Shown here piece after piece: positions 10,591 to 20,765 of a stretch of 64,000 nt of DNA; position 1 is the stretch's first letter, and each line of letters starts with the position of its first letter. The notes beneath the pieces are model-generated. The model was not told where the DNA came from and ran no database searches. It was given only the letters and a program-made list of their open reading frames with translations. A program made the position numbers and the translations under genes. The DNA comes from an uncultured Pseudomonadota bacterium (GTDB lineage: Bacteria > Pseudomonadota > Alphaproteobacteria > JACZXZ01). The stretch lies in assembly GCA_963749075.1 (NCBI GenBank), contig CAVVLJ010000017.1:1120001-1184000 (forward strand), in the 5' to 3' direction.

Positions 10591-11706
10591 TCAGGCGGCG
10601 ATCTCGGCGTCGAGCAGCAGGCGCACGGCATCCGGCGCCACGTCGCGCGCCACGAAGGCCTGGCCGATGCCGCGCGCCAAGACGAAGGCGACGCGGCCGT
10701 CGCGCACCTTCTTGTCGCGCGCCATGTGGGCGATGAGCCGCTCGGCGTCCCAGCGCCGGTTGGCCGAGCCCGCAATCGCCGTCGGCAGCCCCATCGCCGC
10801 GAGATGGCGGCGCACGCGCGCCGCGTTGGCCGCCGGGCAATAGCCGAGCCGGACCGAGAGGTCGAAGGCCATGACCATGCCGATCGCCACCGCCTCGCCG
10901 TGAAGGAGCTCGTCGCCGAAGCCGGTCTCCGCCTCGAGCGCGTGGCCGAAGGTATGGCCGAGGTTGAGGAGGGCGCGGGCACCCCCTTCCCGCTCGTCCG
11001 CCGCCACCACCGCGGCCTTGAGCGCGCAGCTCCGCACCACGGCGCGATGGAGTGCTGACCGCTCGCAGCGGGCGAGTGCGGCGCCGTGCTCCTCGAGCCA
11101 GGCGAAGAAGTCGCGATCGCCCAGGAGGCCGTATTTAGCCACCTCGGCGTAGCCGGCGAGGAGCTCGCGCCGGGGCAGCGTCGCGAGCGCCGCCACGTCC
11201 GCCAGCACCAGCCTCGGCTGGTAGAAGGCGCCGACCAGGTTCTTGCCGTGCCGGGTGTTGATCGCGGTCTTGCCGCCGACGGCGCTGTCGACTTGCGCCA
11301 GGAGCGTCGTCGGGAGCTGCACGTAAGCGATGCCGCGCAGCACGATGCTGGCGGCGAAGCCCGTGAGATCGCCGATGACGCCGCCGCCGAGTGCGAGCAG
11401 CGTCGTCGTGCGCTCGATCGGCAGCGCAAGGAGGCGGTCGAGCAAGGCCTCGAGATGGCGGAAATCCTTGGTCGCCTCGCCGGCCGGCAGCACGATCTCG
11501 TCATGGGCTATGGCGGCGGCGTCGAGCGAGGCCAAGAGACCGCCCAAGTGGAGGGGCGCCACGTGCTCGTCGGTGACCACGGCGACGCGCGGCCGGGCGA
11601 GAAGCGGCCCCATCAAGGCGCCGGCCTCGGCCAGCAGCCCGTCGCCCACCGCGACGTCGTAGCTGCGCGCGCCGAGCTCGACGCGGACGGTCTCTCGCCC
11701 GCTCAT
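10591..11706 (-). CDS. aroB: 3-dehydroquinate synthase
   Basis: [39 protein letters not shown]. Confidence 0.97.
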   Translation of the reverse strand: MSGRETVRVELGARSYDVAVGDGLLAEAGALMGPLLARPRVAVVTDEHVAPLHLGGLLASLDAAAIAHDEIVLPAGEATKDFRHLEALLDRLLALPIERTTTLLALGGGVIGDLTGFAASIVLRGIAYVQLPTTLLAQVDSAVGGKTAINTRHGKNLVGAFYQPRLVLADVAALATLPRRELLAGYAEVAKYGLLGDRDFFAWLEEHGAALARCERSALHRAVVRSCALKAAVVAADEREGGARALLNLGHTFGHALEAETGFGDELLHGEAVAIGMVMAFDLSVRLGYCPAANAARVRRHLAAMGLPTAIAGSANRRWDAERLIAHMARDKKVRDGRVAFVLARGIGQAFVARDVAPDAVRLLLDAEIAA

Positions 11707-12338
11707 GGCGCCGGCTCGGCGATCCCGCCGGCCGCCGGCTCGGGAGCGCTTTCGGCAAAGCGGAGGAGCGCCTCGATCACCCGCTCGACCGTCGCCTCGG
11801 GCGGCGCATCGTTGCTGTCGACCACGATGTCCGCCTCGGCGTAGACCGGATGGCGCGCCGCGATGAGCCGCTCGAGGGTCGCCCGCCGGTCGCCGTTATT
11901 GAGGAGCGGGCGGTTGGTGCGCCGCGCGGTGCGGCGCAGCAGGAGCTCGAGGTCGGCGCGCAGCCAGACGGAGACGGCGCGCACGCGCACCTTCTCGCGC
12001 GTGCGCGCGTCCATGAAGGCGCCGCCGCCCGTGGCCAGCACGTGAGGGGGCTGGTCGAGGAGGCGCGCGATCACGCGGCGCTCGCCGTCGCGGAAGTGGG
12101 CCTCGCCGTGGCGCTCGAAGATATCGGCGATGCTGCAGCCCGCCGCCGCTTCGATCTCATGGTCGGCGTCGACGAAGGCCAGTCCCAGGCGCTGGGCCAG
12201 GCGCTTGCCGATGCAGCTCTTGCCCGCCCCCATCAGGCCGACGAGAACGACCGTCCGGGCCGGCGCGCCGGAGGGCGCATCCGCCGGCGCGGGCGGCGCA
12301 AGGCTTGCCGAAGACCGAGAGTGCCGTAATATCGCCAT
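11703..12338 (-). CDS. aroK: Shikimate kinase
   Basis: GLMGAGKS P-loop, [14 protein letters not shown]. Confidence 0.95.
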   Translation of the reverse strand: MAILRHSRSSASLAPPAPADAPSGAPARTVVLVGLMGAGKSCIGKRLAQRLGLAFVDADHEIEAAAGCSIADIFERHGEAHFRDGERRVIARLLDQPPHVLATGGGAFMDARTREKVRVRAVSVWLRADLELLLRRTARRTNRPLLNNGDRRATLERLIAARHPVYAEADIVVDSNDAPPEATVERVIEALLRFAESAPEPAAGGIAEPAP

Positions 12339-12446
12339 AGTGGAACTTTAACACACTGCCCGATCGCATGTCGCCACGGCCGCGGCAAGGGCGACGCAGG
12401 GCCTCCCGCCACCGCAGCCCTCGGCGCTGCAAGCGAATGGACGCGC

Positions 12447-12587
12447 ATGCCCAAGCTTTCCCGCATTATCGCAATCTTCATCCTCATCGTGGTCGTGGCG
12501 GGCGCCGTCTTCCTGGCCACCTGGCAGATACCGGCGCCGACCGCCAAAGTCGAGAGGGTCATCCCCAATGACCGCTTCCCGCGCTAG
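12447..12587 (+). CDS. Small (46 aa) single-TM protein, below the ORF-track cutoff
   Basis: MPKLSRIIAIFILIVVVAGAVFLATWQIPAPTAKVERVIPNDRFPR*; overlaps the start of the next gene. Confidence 0.65.
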   Translation: MPKLSRIIAIFILIVVVAGAVFLATWQIPAPTAKVERVIPNDRFPR

Positions 12588-14526
12588 CTCCCCTGCCGCG
12601 GGGCTTCTCGCGGCGGGCCTCCTCTCGGCCGGCCTCTTCTCGGCCGGCCTCTTCCGGGCTGCCCCTGCTGCGGCCGGGCCTGCCGAGCTGGCCCAGGCCT
12701 CGGGCGGTCCCATCGAGATCGTCCCGTTGGCGCCGCCGCCGGGTACTGCGGCCTCGCCAGGCTCGGCGGCGCCGAGCGCAGCACCTCCCGCGGCAGCCGC
12801 GCCTGGACCCGCTGCCGCTCCCGCGGGGCCCGAGAACATCCTGCCCAAGGCCGTCGAGCCCACGAGTGCCGCGCCCGCGAGCGGCGCGCCCCCGAGCGCC
12901 GCGCCCGAGACCGCCGAGTCCAAGAGTGCGGCGGCGGAGACGTGCTGCGGCTCCGAGAGCGAGGGGGCCGGCGTCCTCGGCGAAAGCGACGGCGGCCTCG
13001 GCGCCGATCTCTGGCGCGGCACCCCGCGCGCCGTTCTCGCCGAGCTCATTCCGGCGATCCCGGCGGCGATTCCCTCGCCGGCGCTGCACGAGCTCGCACG
13101 CCGCCTGCTGCTCTCCACGGCGAAGCCGCCCGAAGGGCCGCGCGGCAGCGGGCCGAGCCTCCTCATGCTGCGCGTCCGCAAGCTCGCCGAGATGGGCGAT
13201 TTCGACGGCATGAGGGCGCTTGCCGCGGTCGCAAAAGGTGCGGCGGCGGCGGACGAGCTTGCCCGCATCTCGGCCGAAGGGCGCCTCCTCGACGACAAGA
13301 CGGCCGCCCTTTGCCAGGACGTGCCCGCGCTCATGCGCACGCACCACGACGTCTTCTGGCAGGAGCTGCAGGTGTTCTGCCAGGCCCTTGCCAAGAACAG
13401 CCAGCTCGTCGAGCTCGGCCTGGGCCTGCTGCGCGACGAGGGCAGCGAGGAGGACCCGGCCTATTTCGCGCTGATCGAGGCCTTGATCGGCGGCAAGGCC
13501 GCCAAGGTGACCAGCCTCGCCGGCGCCACGCCGCTGACGCTTGCCGTGATGCGCGCGGCCAAGCTGCCGCTGCCGGAGGACGGGCTCGACAAGGCATCGC
13601 CGGCGGTGCTGCGCGCGATCGCCGAGAGCCCCGACGCCGGCGTCGATGTCCGCCTTGCCGCGGCCGAGCGCGCCACGCTCCTCGGGGCACTCCCGGGTGC
13701 CGCCTTGCGCAAGGTCTACGACAGCGTGCCGGTGAGCGACGCCGATCTGCAGAACGCCTTGAGCAAGGCGCAGAGCGAGTACGGCCCGCGCGCGCGCGTT
13801 CTGCTCTACCGCGGTGCCAAGGCGCAATCGGTGCCCACGGCGCGCGCCGAGGCGGTGCGCGCGGCGCTCTCGCTTGCCCGCGCGGCCGGCGTCTATGCGA
13901 TCGCGGTCGCGGTCAACCTCCCCTTCATCGAGGCGATGTCGCCAACGCCGGAGCTCGGCTTCTTCGCGGGCGAGGCGGGCCGCAGCCTTGTCTTCGCCGA
14001 CGAGATTGACAAGGCCGAAGGCTGGTTTGCACTCGCGGATTCGGACAATCGCGCTGGCGGCGTAGTGCCCACGGCGGCGACCAGCCTGTGGCCCTATGAC
14101 CGCCTCATCGTCTCGGACAGCCAGCCGTGGGACAACGAGCGCTTCGGTACCTGGCTCACCGCGGAGCGCGCGCGCGTCGACGGCGAGGCCAAGCTGGCGA
14201 ACGAGCGCGCGGCGCGCTTCCTCGGCCTTGCCGCCGCCCTCGGCAAGCCGGTGACCTCGGCGGCCTGGCAGCCCCTCTACGGCGCCGCGGAGCCGGAGCC
14301 GGCGGCGATGCCCTCCATCGCCCTCTGGCACGGCCTCAATGAGGCCGCCGCGGCCGGCCGGCGCGGCGAATGCCTGCTCCTCGCCTTGGCCGCGGTCGGC
14401 TCGGGCGGCCTGCAAAACACCAACCCGATCGCCGTCGAGGCGGTCATAGACGGCCTGCGCCAGGTCGGCCTCGACAAGGAGGCGCGGCGGCTCGCCATCG
14501 AGGCCGCGGTCGCGGTGGGACTCTAG
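12568..14526 (+). CDS. Conserved exported hypothetical protein (Ala/Pro-rich N-terminus, helical body)
   Basis: Signal-like N-terminus, GLGADLWRGT motif, host-like codon usage, co-oriented with xerD. Confidence 0.75.
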   Translation: MTASRASSPAAGLLAAGLLSAGLFSAGLFRAAPAAAGPAELAQASGGPIEIVPLAPPPGTAASPGSAAPSAAPPAAAAPGPAAAPAGPENILPKAVEPTSAAPASGAPPSAAPETAESKSAAAETCCGSESEGAGVLGESDGGLGADLWRGTPRAVLAELIPAIPAAIPSPALHELARRLLLSTAKPPEGPRGSGPSLLMLRVRKLAEMGDFDGMRALAAVAKGAAAADELARISAEGRLLDDKTAALCQDVPALMRTHHDVFWQELQVFCQALAKNSQLVELGLGLLRDEGSEEDPAYFALIEALIGGKAAKVTSLAGATPLTLAVMRAAKLPLPEDGLDKASPAVLRAIAESPDAGVDVRLAAAERATLLGALPGAALRKVYDSVPVSDADLQNALSKAQSEYGPRARVLLYRGAKAQSVPTARAEAVRAALSLARAAGVYAIAVAVNLPFIEAMSPTPELGFFAGEAGRSLVFADEIDKAEGWFALADSDNRAGGVVPTAATSLWPYDRLIVSDSQPWDNERFGTWLTAERARVDGEAKLANERAARFLGLAAALGKPVTSAAWQPLYGAAEPEPAAMPSIALWHGLNEAAAAGRRGECLLLALAAVGSGGLQNTNPIAVEAVIDGLRQVGLDKEARRLAIEAAVAVGL

Positions 14527-14539
14527 GGCGCGCCCGGAG

Positions 14540-15490
14540 ATGCCCGCCGCGCGGCGCGGACGGCCACGGCAGGCGGCGGCCCCTCCTTCGCCCCGCCTCG
14601 AGGCCTTCCTCGAGATGCTCATCGCCGAGCGCGGGGCTGCGCGCAACACGGTCGAGGCCTACCGCCGCGACCTTGCCGACTTCGCGGCCTTTCTCGCCCG
14701 CCGCGGGGCCACGCTCGAGGGTGCCGACGGCAGAGCGCTCGAGGCCTATCTCAAGGCGCAGAGAGAGCGGGGCATGGCGCCGCGCACGGCGGCCCGGCGC
14801 CTCTCCGCGCTACGCCAGTTCCACCGCTTCCTCTATGACGAGGGTGCGAGGCCCGACGATCCGACCGCCACCCTCGACAGCCCGCGCCAGGGCCTCTCGC
14901 TGCCCAAATATCTGAGCGAGGCGGAGGTCGATGCCCTCCTCGCCGCGGCAGGGCGGCGCAAGGGTCAGGAGGGCGCCCGCCTCTTGGCCCTCGTCGAGCT
15001 CCTTTATGCCACGGGCCTGCGCGTCTCCGAGCTGGTGGCGCTGCCGCTCGCCGCCGTCGCGCGCGAGCGCCGCCTCCTCGCCGTGCGGGGCAAGGGAGGC
15101 AAGGAGCGCGTGGTGCCGCTCTCGGTGCCGGCGCGTGCGGCGCTCGAGACTTGGCTTGCGGCGCGCACCGCGCGCCTCAAGCGCGGAGAGAGCTCGCGCT
15201 GGCTCTTCCCCTCCTCCGGCACGTCGGGGCACCTGACCCGCCACCGCCTGGGCCAGCTCCTGAAGGAGCTCGCCATTGCCGCGGGCCTGAAACCCGCCAA
15301 GGTGTCGCCCCACGTGCTGCGCCACGCCTTCGCCACCCACCTCCTCGCCCACGGCGCCGACCTCAGGAGCGTGCAGCGCCTCCTGGGCCACGCCGACATC
15401 AGCACGACGCAAATCTATACCCACGTGCTCGAGGCGCGCCTCAAGAGCCTCGTCAACGAGCACCACCCGCTCGCCAAGGCGAGGCGGTAG
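14540..15490 (+). CDS. xerD: Site-specific tyrosine recombinase XerD
   Basis: NTVEAYRRDL, LYATGLRVSEL, GKGGKER, SPHVLRHAFATH, LGHADISTTQIY. Confidence 0.93.
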   Translation: MPAARRGRPRQAAAPPSPRLEAFLEMLIAERGAARNTVEAYRRDLADFAAFLARRGATLEGADGRALEAYLKAQRERGMAPRTAARRLSALRQFHRFLYDEGARPDDPTATLDSPRQGLSLPKYLSEAEVDALLAAAGRRKGQEGARLLALVELLYATGLRVSELVALPLAAVARERRLLAVRGKGGKERVVPLSVPARAALETWLAARTARLKRGESSRWLFPSSGTSGHLTRHRLGQLLKELAIAAGLKPAKVSPHVLRHAFATHLLAHGADLRSVQRLLGHADISTTQIYTHVLEARLKSLVNEHHPLAKARR

Positions 15491-15535
15491 GCGGGAGAAG
15501 GAGTGGGAGAGGCGCCAAACAGGAGGAAAACGCAA

Positions 15536-16201
15536 ATGGCATTTTTCATCTGGACAAAAATGCAGACGGAATCCGGCGTGAATCTTCCTGCAATTATCGC
15601 GCTCAAAGAGATGGAAAGGATCGCCGGGGAAGGTGAGTTCTGGTGGGGCGTTGGAAGCGCGCCCTCTAGGAGCGCTATGCGTGAGGCTATTGATAAGAGT
15701 AATGGGACTTTGCCAATTTTATTTTCGATTATGCTATCAAGGCCGCAGAAGAAGGATGTGGCTCCAGGCGACGTCTATTCCTGGACAGCTTGGGAAGACG
15801 ATAACCGCATTTCCCATCCCCTCCCCGAGCACGTGTTGGCCGTCAGTCGGGGACGCGATGAAAAGAAAAGTCACAACGCATTGGTTTGTCGATCGTCCGT
15901 TCCGATCGCCATCGGCAACCACGGTCCGTTCGATCCCTCACGCTGTCAAAATCGCAGTGGGAGATCCGTAGGCGCTTCCCAAGTCACGGCGCTGCTTCAA
16001 GGGGACATCGATGGAGACCACTCGCCAGGCATCTACCATTTCGGCTTTCGCGCAACGCTGATCGAACCTTGGGTTGTAAAGTTAGTGAAGCCGCGCAAAC
16101 TTCTGCAAACGGAAATGAACTTGCTCGAGGGATGGCGTCAAACCTGGATAGACTTTGTGGGAGGGAATCGATCATTGCAGTCGCGCCGAAGTACAGGCTA
16201 G
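15536..16201 (+). CDS. Hypothetical protein, lower GC than host
   Basis: 221-aa ORF with AGGAGG RBS, visibly AT-richer than flanks. Confidence 0.65.
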   Translation: MAFFIWTKMQTESGVNLPAIIALKEMERIAGEGEFWWGVGSAPSRSAMREAIDKSNGTLPILFSIMLSRPQKKDVAPGDVYSWTAWEDDNRISHPLPEHVLAVSRGRDEKKSHNALVCRSSVPIAIGNHGPFDPSRCQNRSGRSVGASQVTALLQGDIDGDHSPGIYHFGFRATLIEPWVVKLVKPRKLLQTEMNLLEGWRQTWIDFVGGNRSLQSRRSTG

Positions 16202-16243
16202 TTCGGGAGCCCTTGCGAATATATTGCAAATTTGGTATGTTCG

Positions 16244-16567
16244 ATGAGTTGGGTCGTCACGTTTCTCAACCAAGCGGTTGCCGGCGAGCTAGCGCCGTTG
16301 CCGGCGGATATCCGTGCCAAATTCAGCAGGATCGTCATGCTGATCGAGAGCCATGGGCTCGAACGCGTGCGGGAACCCCACGTGAAGCACGTGGACGATC
16401 GCTTATGGGAGATGCGCATGCGCGGGCGGGACGGCATTGCCCGCGCGATCTACGTGACGGCGTCGGGAAGGCGCGTGGTCGTCGTCCATGTCTTCACAAA
16501 GAAGACGCAAAAGACGCCGCGACGCGAGATAGAGCTCGCGCGCGAGCGGGCGAAGGGAGTGATATGA
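16244..16567 (+). CDS. RelE/HigB-like (Gp49/DUF891-type) toxin
   Basis: PHVKHV..RLWEMRMRG..GIARAIY...HVFTKKTQKTP. Confidence 0.85.
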   Translation: MSWVVTFLNQAVAGELAPLPADIRAKFSRIVMLIESHGLERVREPHVKHVDDRLWEMRMRGRDGIARAIYVTASGRRVVVVHVFTKKTQKTPRREIELARERAKGVI

Positions 16568-16869
16568 AAGCGATCCGCGCGCGCGACCTTCATCGCAAAT
16601 GGATGCGGAGCGACCCCGACTATGCGCGCGAGTTTGCCGCGCTCGAGGAGGAGTTCGCACTCGCCGCGGCAATGCTGGAGGCCCGCGCCCGTGCCGGACT
16701 GACGCAGGAGCAGCTTGCGCGCCTGATGAAGACCACGCAGGCCGTGATCGCGCGGCTGGAAAGCGGGCGGGCGAGGCCCTCGACACGGACGCTCGAGCGC
16801 TTCGCGGCCGCCACGGGTTCGCGGCTCCGCATCTTCTTCGAGCCGGCAACCACGCGCCAATCGCGTTGA
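16564..16869 (+). CDS. HigA-like XRE-family HTH antitoxin
   Basis: ARARAGLTQEQLA..MKTTQAVIARLESG...PSTRTL; ATGA overlap with the toxin. Confidence 0.87.
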   Translation: MKAIRARDLHRKWMRSDPDYAREFAALEEEFALAAAMLEARARAGLTQEQLARLMKTTQAVIARLESGRARPSTRTLERFAAATGSRLRIFFEPATTRQSR

Positions 16870-17032
16870 GCGGCTCGCCATTTCAGCCCTATGTTGCGGC
16901 TCTGGATGGCGGTGCCAGGCCGTTGACATTCGTGCGGGCTTGGGCAATATCCCTTTTTCGCACTGCGGCATGAATTTCCGCACTTGCGAAATCCCCATCC
17001 TTCCGCCCGTTGCCCGCGCTGAGAGGTCGGAG

Positions 17033-18013
17033 ATGAGCTTCAAGATCGTCGAGCAGGCGCGCCCGCGGCTCAACCGCAGCGAGCTCGCCGTCCCCGGCAG
17101 CAATCCCAAGCTCTTCGCCAAGGCGGCGGCCTCGGCGGCCGACGTCGTCTTCCTCGATCTCGAGGACGCGGTGGCGGCGCACGAGAAGGAGGCCGCGCGC
17201 CGGAACGTCATCGAGGCGATCAACGGCATCGAGTGGGGGGCCAAGAGCCTCTCGCTGCGCATCAACGGCCTCGACACCCATTACATGTACCGCGACGTGG
17301 TCGACGTGCTCGAAGGGACGGGCGAGCGTCTCGACCTCATCATGATCCCCAAGGTGGGTACCGCGGCCGACGTCTATGCGCTCGACATGCTGGTGACGCA
17401 GATCGAGCAGGCGAAGGGCAAGAAGAAGCGCCTCGGCTTCGAGCTCATCATCGAGACGGCACTCGGCATGCAGAACTTGGACGCGATCGCGGCTGCGAGC
17501 CCGCGGCTCGAGTCGCTCCATTTCGGCGTCGCCGACTACGCCGCCTCGACGCGCGCGCGCACCACCAGCATCGGCGGCCCCAACCCCGACTATGCGGTGC
17601 TCACCGACAAGGACGCCGCCGGCAAGCGCGAGACCCATTGGGGCGACATGTGGCACTACGCCTTGGCACGCCTCGTGGTGGCGGCGCGCGCCAACGGCTT
17701 GCGCCCCATCGACGGGCCGTTCGGCGACTTCTCGGACGCCCAGGGCTTCCGCGCCCAGGCGCGCCGCTCGGCGGTGCTCGGCTGCGAGGGCAAGTGGGCG
17801 ATCCATCCGAGCCAGATCGCACTCGCCAACGAGAGCTTCAGCCCGAGCGAGGCCGAGGTCGCCAAGGCGAGGCGCATCATCGACGCCATGGCCCAGGCGC
17901 AGAAGGAGGGCAAGGGTGCGGTCTCGCTCGACGGCCGGCTCCTCGATATCGCCTCGATCCGCCAGGCCCAGGTGCTGGTGGAAAAGGCGAAAGAGATCGG
18001 TGCCGCGAGTTGA
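17033..18013 (+). CDS. mcl: Malyl-CoA/methylmalyl-CoA lyase (CitE family)
   Basis: RLNRSELAVPGS, FLDLEDAV, LHFGVADYAAS, WGDMWHY, GCEGKWAIHPSQI. Confidence 0.85.
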   Translation: MSFKIVEQARPRLNRSELAVPGSNPKLFAKAAASAADVVFLDLEDAVAAHEKEAARRNVIEAINGIEWGAKSLSLRINGLDTHYMYRDVVDVLEGTGERLDLIMIPKVGTAADVYALDMLVTQIEQAKGKKKRLGFELIIETALGMQNLDAIAAASPRLESLHFGVADYAASTRARTTSIGGPNPDYAVLTDKDAAGKRETHWGDMWHYALARLVVAARANGLRPIDGPFGDFSDAQGFRAQARRSAVLGCEGKWAIHPSQIALANESFSPSEAEVAKARRIIDAMAQAQKEGKGAVSLDGRLLDIASIRQAQVLVEKAKEIGAAS

Positions 18014-18088
18014 GGTGCGGCACCGCGCGCCGCCGCCTGCTTTTGCCGTCGCGACGCGCGCGGAGCTGTGCTAGGTAGGGCGTCGGCC

Positions 18089-19052
18089 ATGCACCACTAT
18101 CTCGACTTCGAGAAGCCGATCGCCGAGCTCGAGGGCAAGATCGAGGAGCTCCGCCACCTCTCGCCCAGCGCCGAGCTCAACATCGTCGAGGAGGTGGCGC
18201 GGCTTCAGCTCAAGCTCGAGCGGCTCCTGCGCCAGACCTATACCCGGCTATCAGCCTGGCAGAAGGTGCAGGTGGCGCGCCATCCCGAGCGGCCGCACTT
18301 CTCCGACTACGTGGCGGCGCTGATCGCCGACTTCACGCCGCTCGCCGGCGACCGCGCCTTCGCCGAGGACCGCGCCGTCATCGGCGGCCTCGGCCGCTTC
18401 CGCGGCCGCTCGGTCGTCGTCATCGGCCAGGAGAAGGGCGCCGACACCGAGAGCCGGGTGCGCCACAATTTCGGCATGGCCAGGCCCGAGGGCTACCGCA
18501 AGGCGCAGCGCCTCATGCGCCTCGCCGACCGCTTCCAGCTGCCGCTCATCACCCTCGTCGACACCGCGGGCGCCTACCCGGGCGTCGACGCGGAGGAGCG
18601 CGGCCAGGCCGAGGCCATCGCGCGCAGCATCGCCACCTGCCTCGAGGTCGGCGTGCCGCTCGTGAGCGTCATCATCGGCGAGGGCGGCTCGGGCGGCGCC
18701 ATCGCCCTCGCCGCCGCCAACGCGCGTGCTCATGCTCGAGCACGCGGTCTATTCGGTGATCTCGCCCGAGGGCTGCGGCTCGATCCTGTGGCGCGACGGG
18801 GCGCATGTGCAGGAGGCGGCCGAAGCCCTCAAGCTCACCGCCCAGGACCTCGAGCGGCTCGGCATCGTCGATTCCGTCATCGCCGAGCCGCTCGGCGGCG
18901 CGCAGCGCGACAAGGAGAAGGCGATCACCGCCGTCGGCAGCGCGCTCGAAGAGGCGCTGCGCCCGCTCGAGAAGCTCGACGGCGGCCAGCTCAAGCAGCG
19001 CCGGCGCGATAAGTTCCTCGAGATGGGAAGCCAGATGACGGACGTCAGATGA
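18089..19052 (+). CDS. accA: Acetyl-CoA carboxylase carboxyltransferase alpha; apparent +1 frameshift near 18722
   Basis: [23 protein letters not shown] in frame 1; continues as [16 protein letters not shown] in the 18726-19052 frame. Confidence 0.95.
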
Positions 19053-19064
19053 CGGACGACGGAG
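19030..19064 (+). repeat. Heptamer tandem repeat (GACGGAC-like x5)
   Basis: GCCAGAT GACGGAC GTCAGAT GACGGAC GACGGAG across the accA stop. Confidence 0.6.
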
Positions 19065-19083
19065 AGGCGCGGCGGCTCGAGGA

Positions 19084-19132
19084 GCCCTCATCCTGAGGAG
19101 GACGCAAAGCGGCCGTCTCGAAGGATGAGGGC
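19084..19132. repeat. REP-like palindrome upstream of the GIY-YIG gene
   Basis: GCCCTCATCCTGAGGAG...CGTCTCGAAGGATGAGGGC with an 11-bp terminal stem. Confidence 0.85.
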
Positions 19133-19155
19133 GGGGTAAGCGAGGAACGTTCGCA

Positions 19156-19542
19156 ATGGCCGCTTATCTCTACATCCTTCGCTGCCGCGATGACTCGTAC
19201 TACGTCGGCACTACCCGAGGCAGCCTCGAGGTGCGAGTGGCTGAGCATAATGCCGCACGTTACGGCGGTTACACGATGCGACGGCGGCCCGTCGCGTTCG
19301 TCTACCACCAGGAATTCGATCGGATCGAGGACGCCATTGCAGCCGAGCGTCAGGTCAAGGGTTGGCGTCGTGAAAAGAAGGAAGCGCTCATTCGGGGCGA
19401 CTTCGCGGCCCTACGGAAGCTTGCCAGCCGCGCACGGGATCGGCTCGCCGCGCAAACCTCCGCCCCATCGACCGTGGAAACTCATCCTTCGAGACGCAAC
19501 CCTTCGGGTTGCTCCTCAGGATGGCGATTATCCCCCACTTGA
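19156..19542 (+). CDS. Small GIY-YIG nuclease family protein
   Basis: YLYILRCRDDSYYVGTT, RVAEHN, YTMRRRPV, AIAAERQVKGWRREKKEALI. Confidence 0.92.
   Translation: MAAYLYILRCRDDSYYVGTTRGSLEVRVAEHNAARYGGYTMRRRPVAFVYHQEFDRIEDAIAAERQVKGWRREKKEALIRGDFAALRKLASRARDRLAAQTSAPSTVETHPSRRNPSGCSSGWRLSPT
19481..19522. repeat. REP-like palindrome at the 3' end of the GIY-YIG gene, split by the IS1595 insertion (remainder GAGG at 22730-22733)
   Basis: CTCATCCTTCGAGACGCAACCCTTCGGGTTGCTCCTCAGGAT, inverted relative to the 19084 copy. Confidence 0.85.
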
Positions 19543-20483
19543 CAGACTGATTTTTCCGCGATATTGTCTCCACATAATCGACGGAGACGCCCAAATGTCT
19601 AAGCCCAAGAGGCCCCGCATCCACCAAATGACCGTGGCCGATTTCGAGCGGGCTTTCCCAGACGAGAATGCTTGCTGCGCTTATCTGGTGGGCCATAGGT
19701 GGCCGCTTGGCGTGCGTTGCCCGCGGTGTGGCGCTGAGAACCCCTACGAGCTTCCCTCCCGTCCCTGGCACTGGCAGTGCGAGGCCTGCACGGCAGACGG
19801 CTACCGCTTCTCCCATATCGCGGGGACGGTCTTCGAGAACACCAACAAGCCCCTGCGGGAGTGGTTCCGCGTGATCCACCTCATGCTGACCAGCAAGAAG
19901 GGCATCAGCGCCCTTCAGGTCATGCGATATATGGGTTTTGGCTCCTACAAGACGGCTTGGTACATGTGCCATCGCGTCCGCGCCGGCTTGGCGGATAGGG
20001 AATTCCGGAAGCTCATGGGCATCGTCGAGGTTGACGAGACTTTCATCGGCGGGAAGGCCTACAACAAGCATGGCCGGCGGGGCGGCGGTGGCCGGGGTGG
20101 CATCGGCTCCGGCAAGACGCCCGTGGTCGGCGCTGTCCAGCGCAAAGGAAATGTCGTCGCCCGCGTGATCTCGACAGTGAGTGCTGACGTGCTCACGACC
20201 TTCGTGCGCGAGGCCGTTTCGCATCGTGTGAGCTTGCTTTGCACCGACGAATGGACCGGCTATCGGAAACTCAAGGCCGAATACCCGCACGGCGTCATCC
20301 GTCACACGGCCGGCGAGTACGTTCACGGCAACATCCACACGAACACGATTGAGTGCTTCTGGTCCATCTTCAAGCGCGGGATCGTCGGGAGCTTTCATAA
20401 GGTCAGCAAGAAATACTGAGCTGGTCCTGGAAAATCGGACAGGGTGCTAAGGTGTATTCCGCCGGATAACGGAGGAGTACGCG

Positions 20484-20765
20484 ATGACGATGAGACGGCG
20501 GTTTGCGGGCGATTTCAAGGCCCGGGTAGCCCTGGAGGCGTTGCGGGGCGACAAGACGGTTCAGGAGATCGCGGCGAAGCACAAGGTGCATCCGAACCAG
20601 GTGAGCACGTGGAAGCGCCAAGCGATCGAGGGCTTGGGCGATGTGTTCTCGAGCGGGGTGGACCGCGAGCGCCAGGATCACGAGAGCGAGGTTCGCGATC
20701 TCCACGCCAAGATCGGGCAGTTGACGGTGGAACGGGATTTTTTGGCCAGAGGGCTCAAGCGATGA
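20484..20765 (+). CDS. IS3 transposase OrfA (HTH)
   Basis: FKARVALEAL..KTVQEIAAKHKVHPNQVSTWK...IGQLTVERDFL. Confidence 0.92.
   Translation: MTMRRRFAGDFKARVALEALRGDKTVQEIAAKHKVHPNQVSTWKRQAIEGLGDVFSSGVDRERQDHESEVRDLHAKIGQLTVERDFLARGLKR

Noticed and set aside
14540-15490. Tyrosine recombinase as a possible island integrase
   Set aside because: Sequence and aroK/accA-region synteny fit chromosomal XerD; no att-like repeats seen next to it
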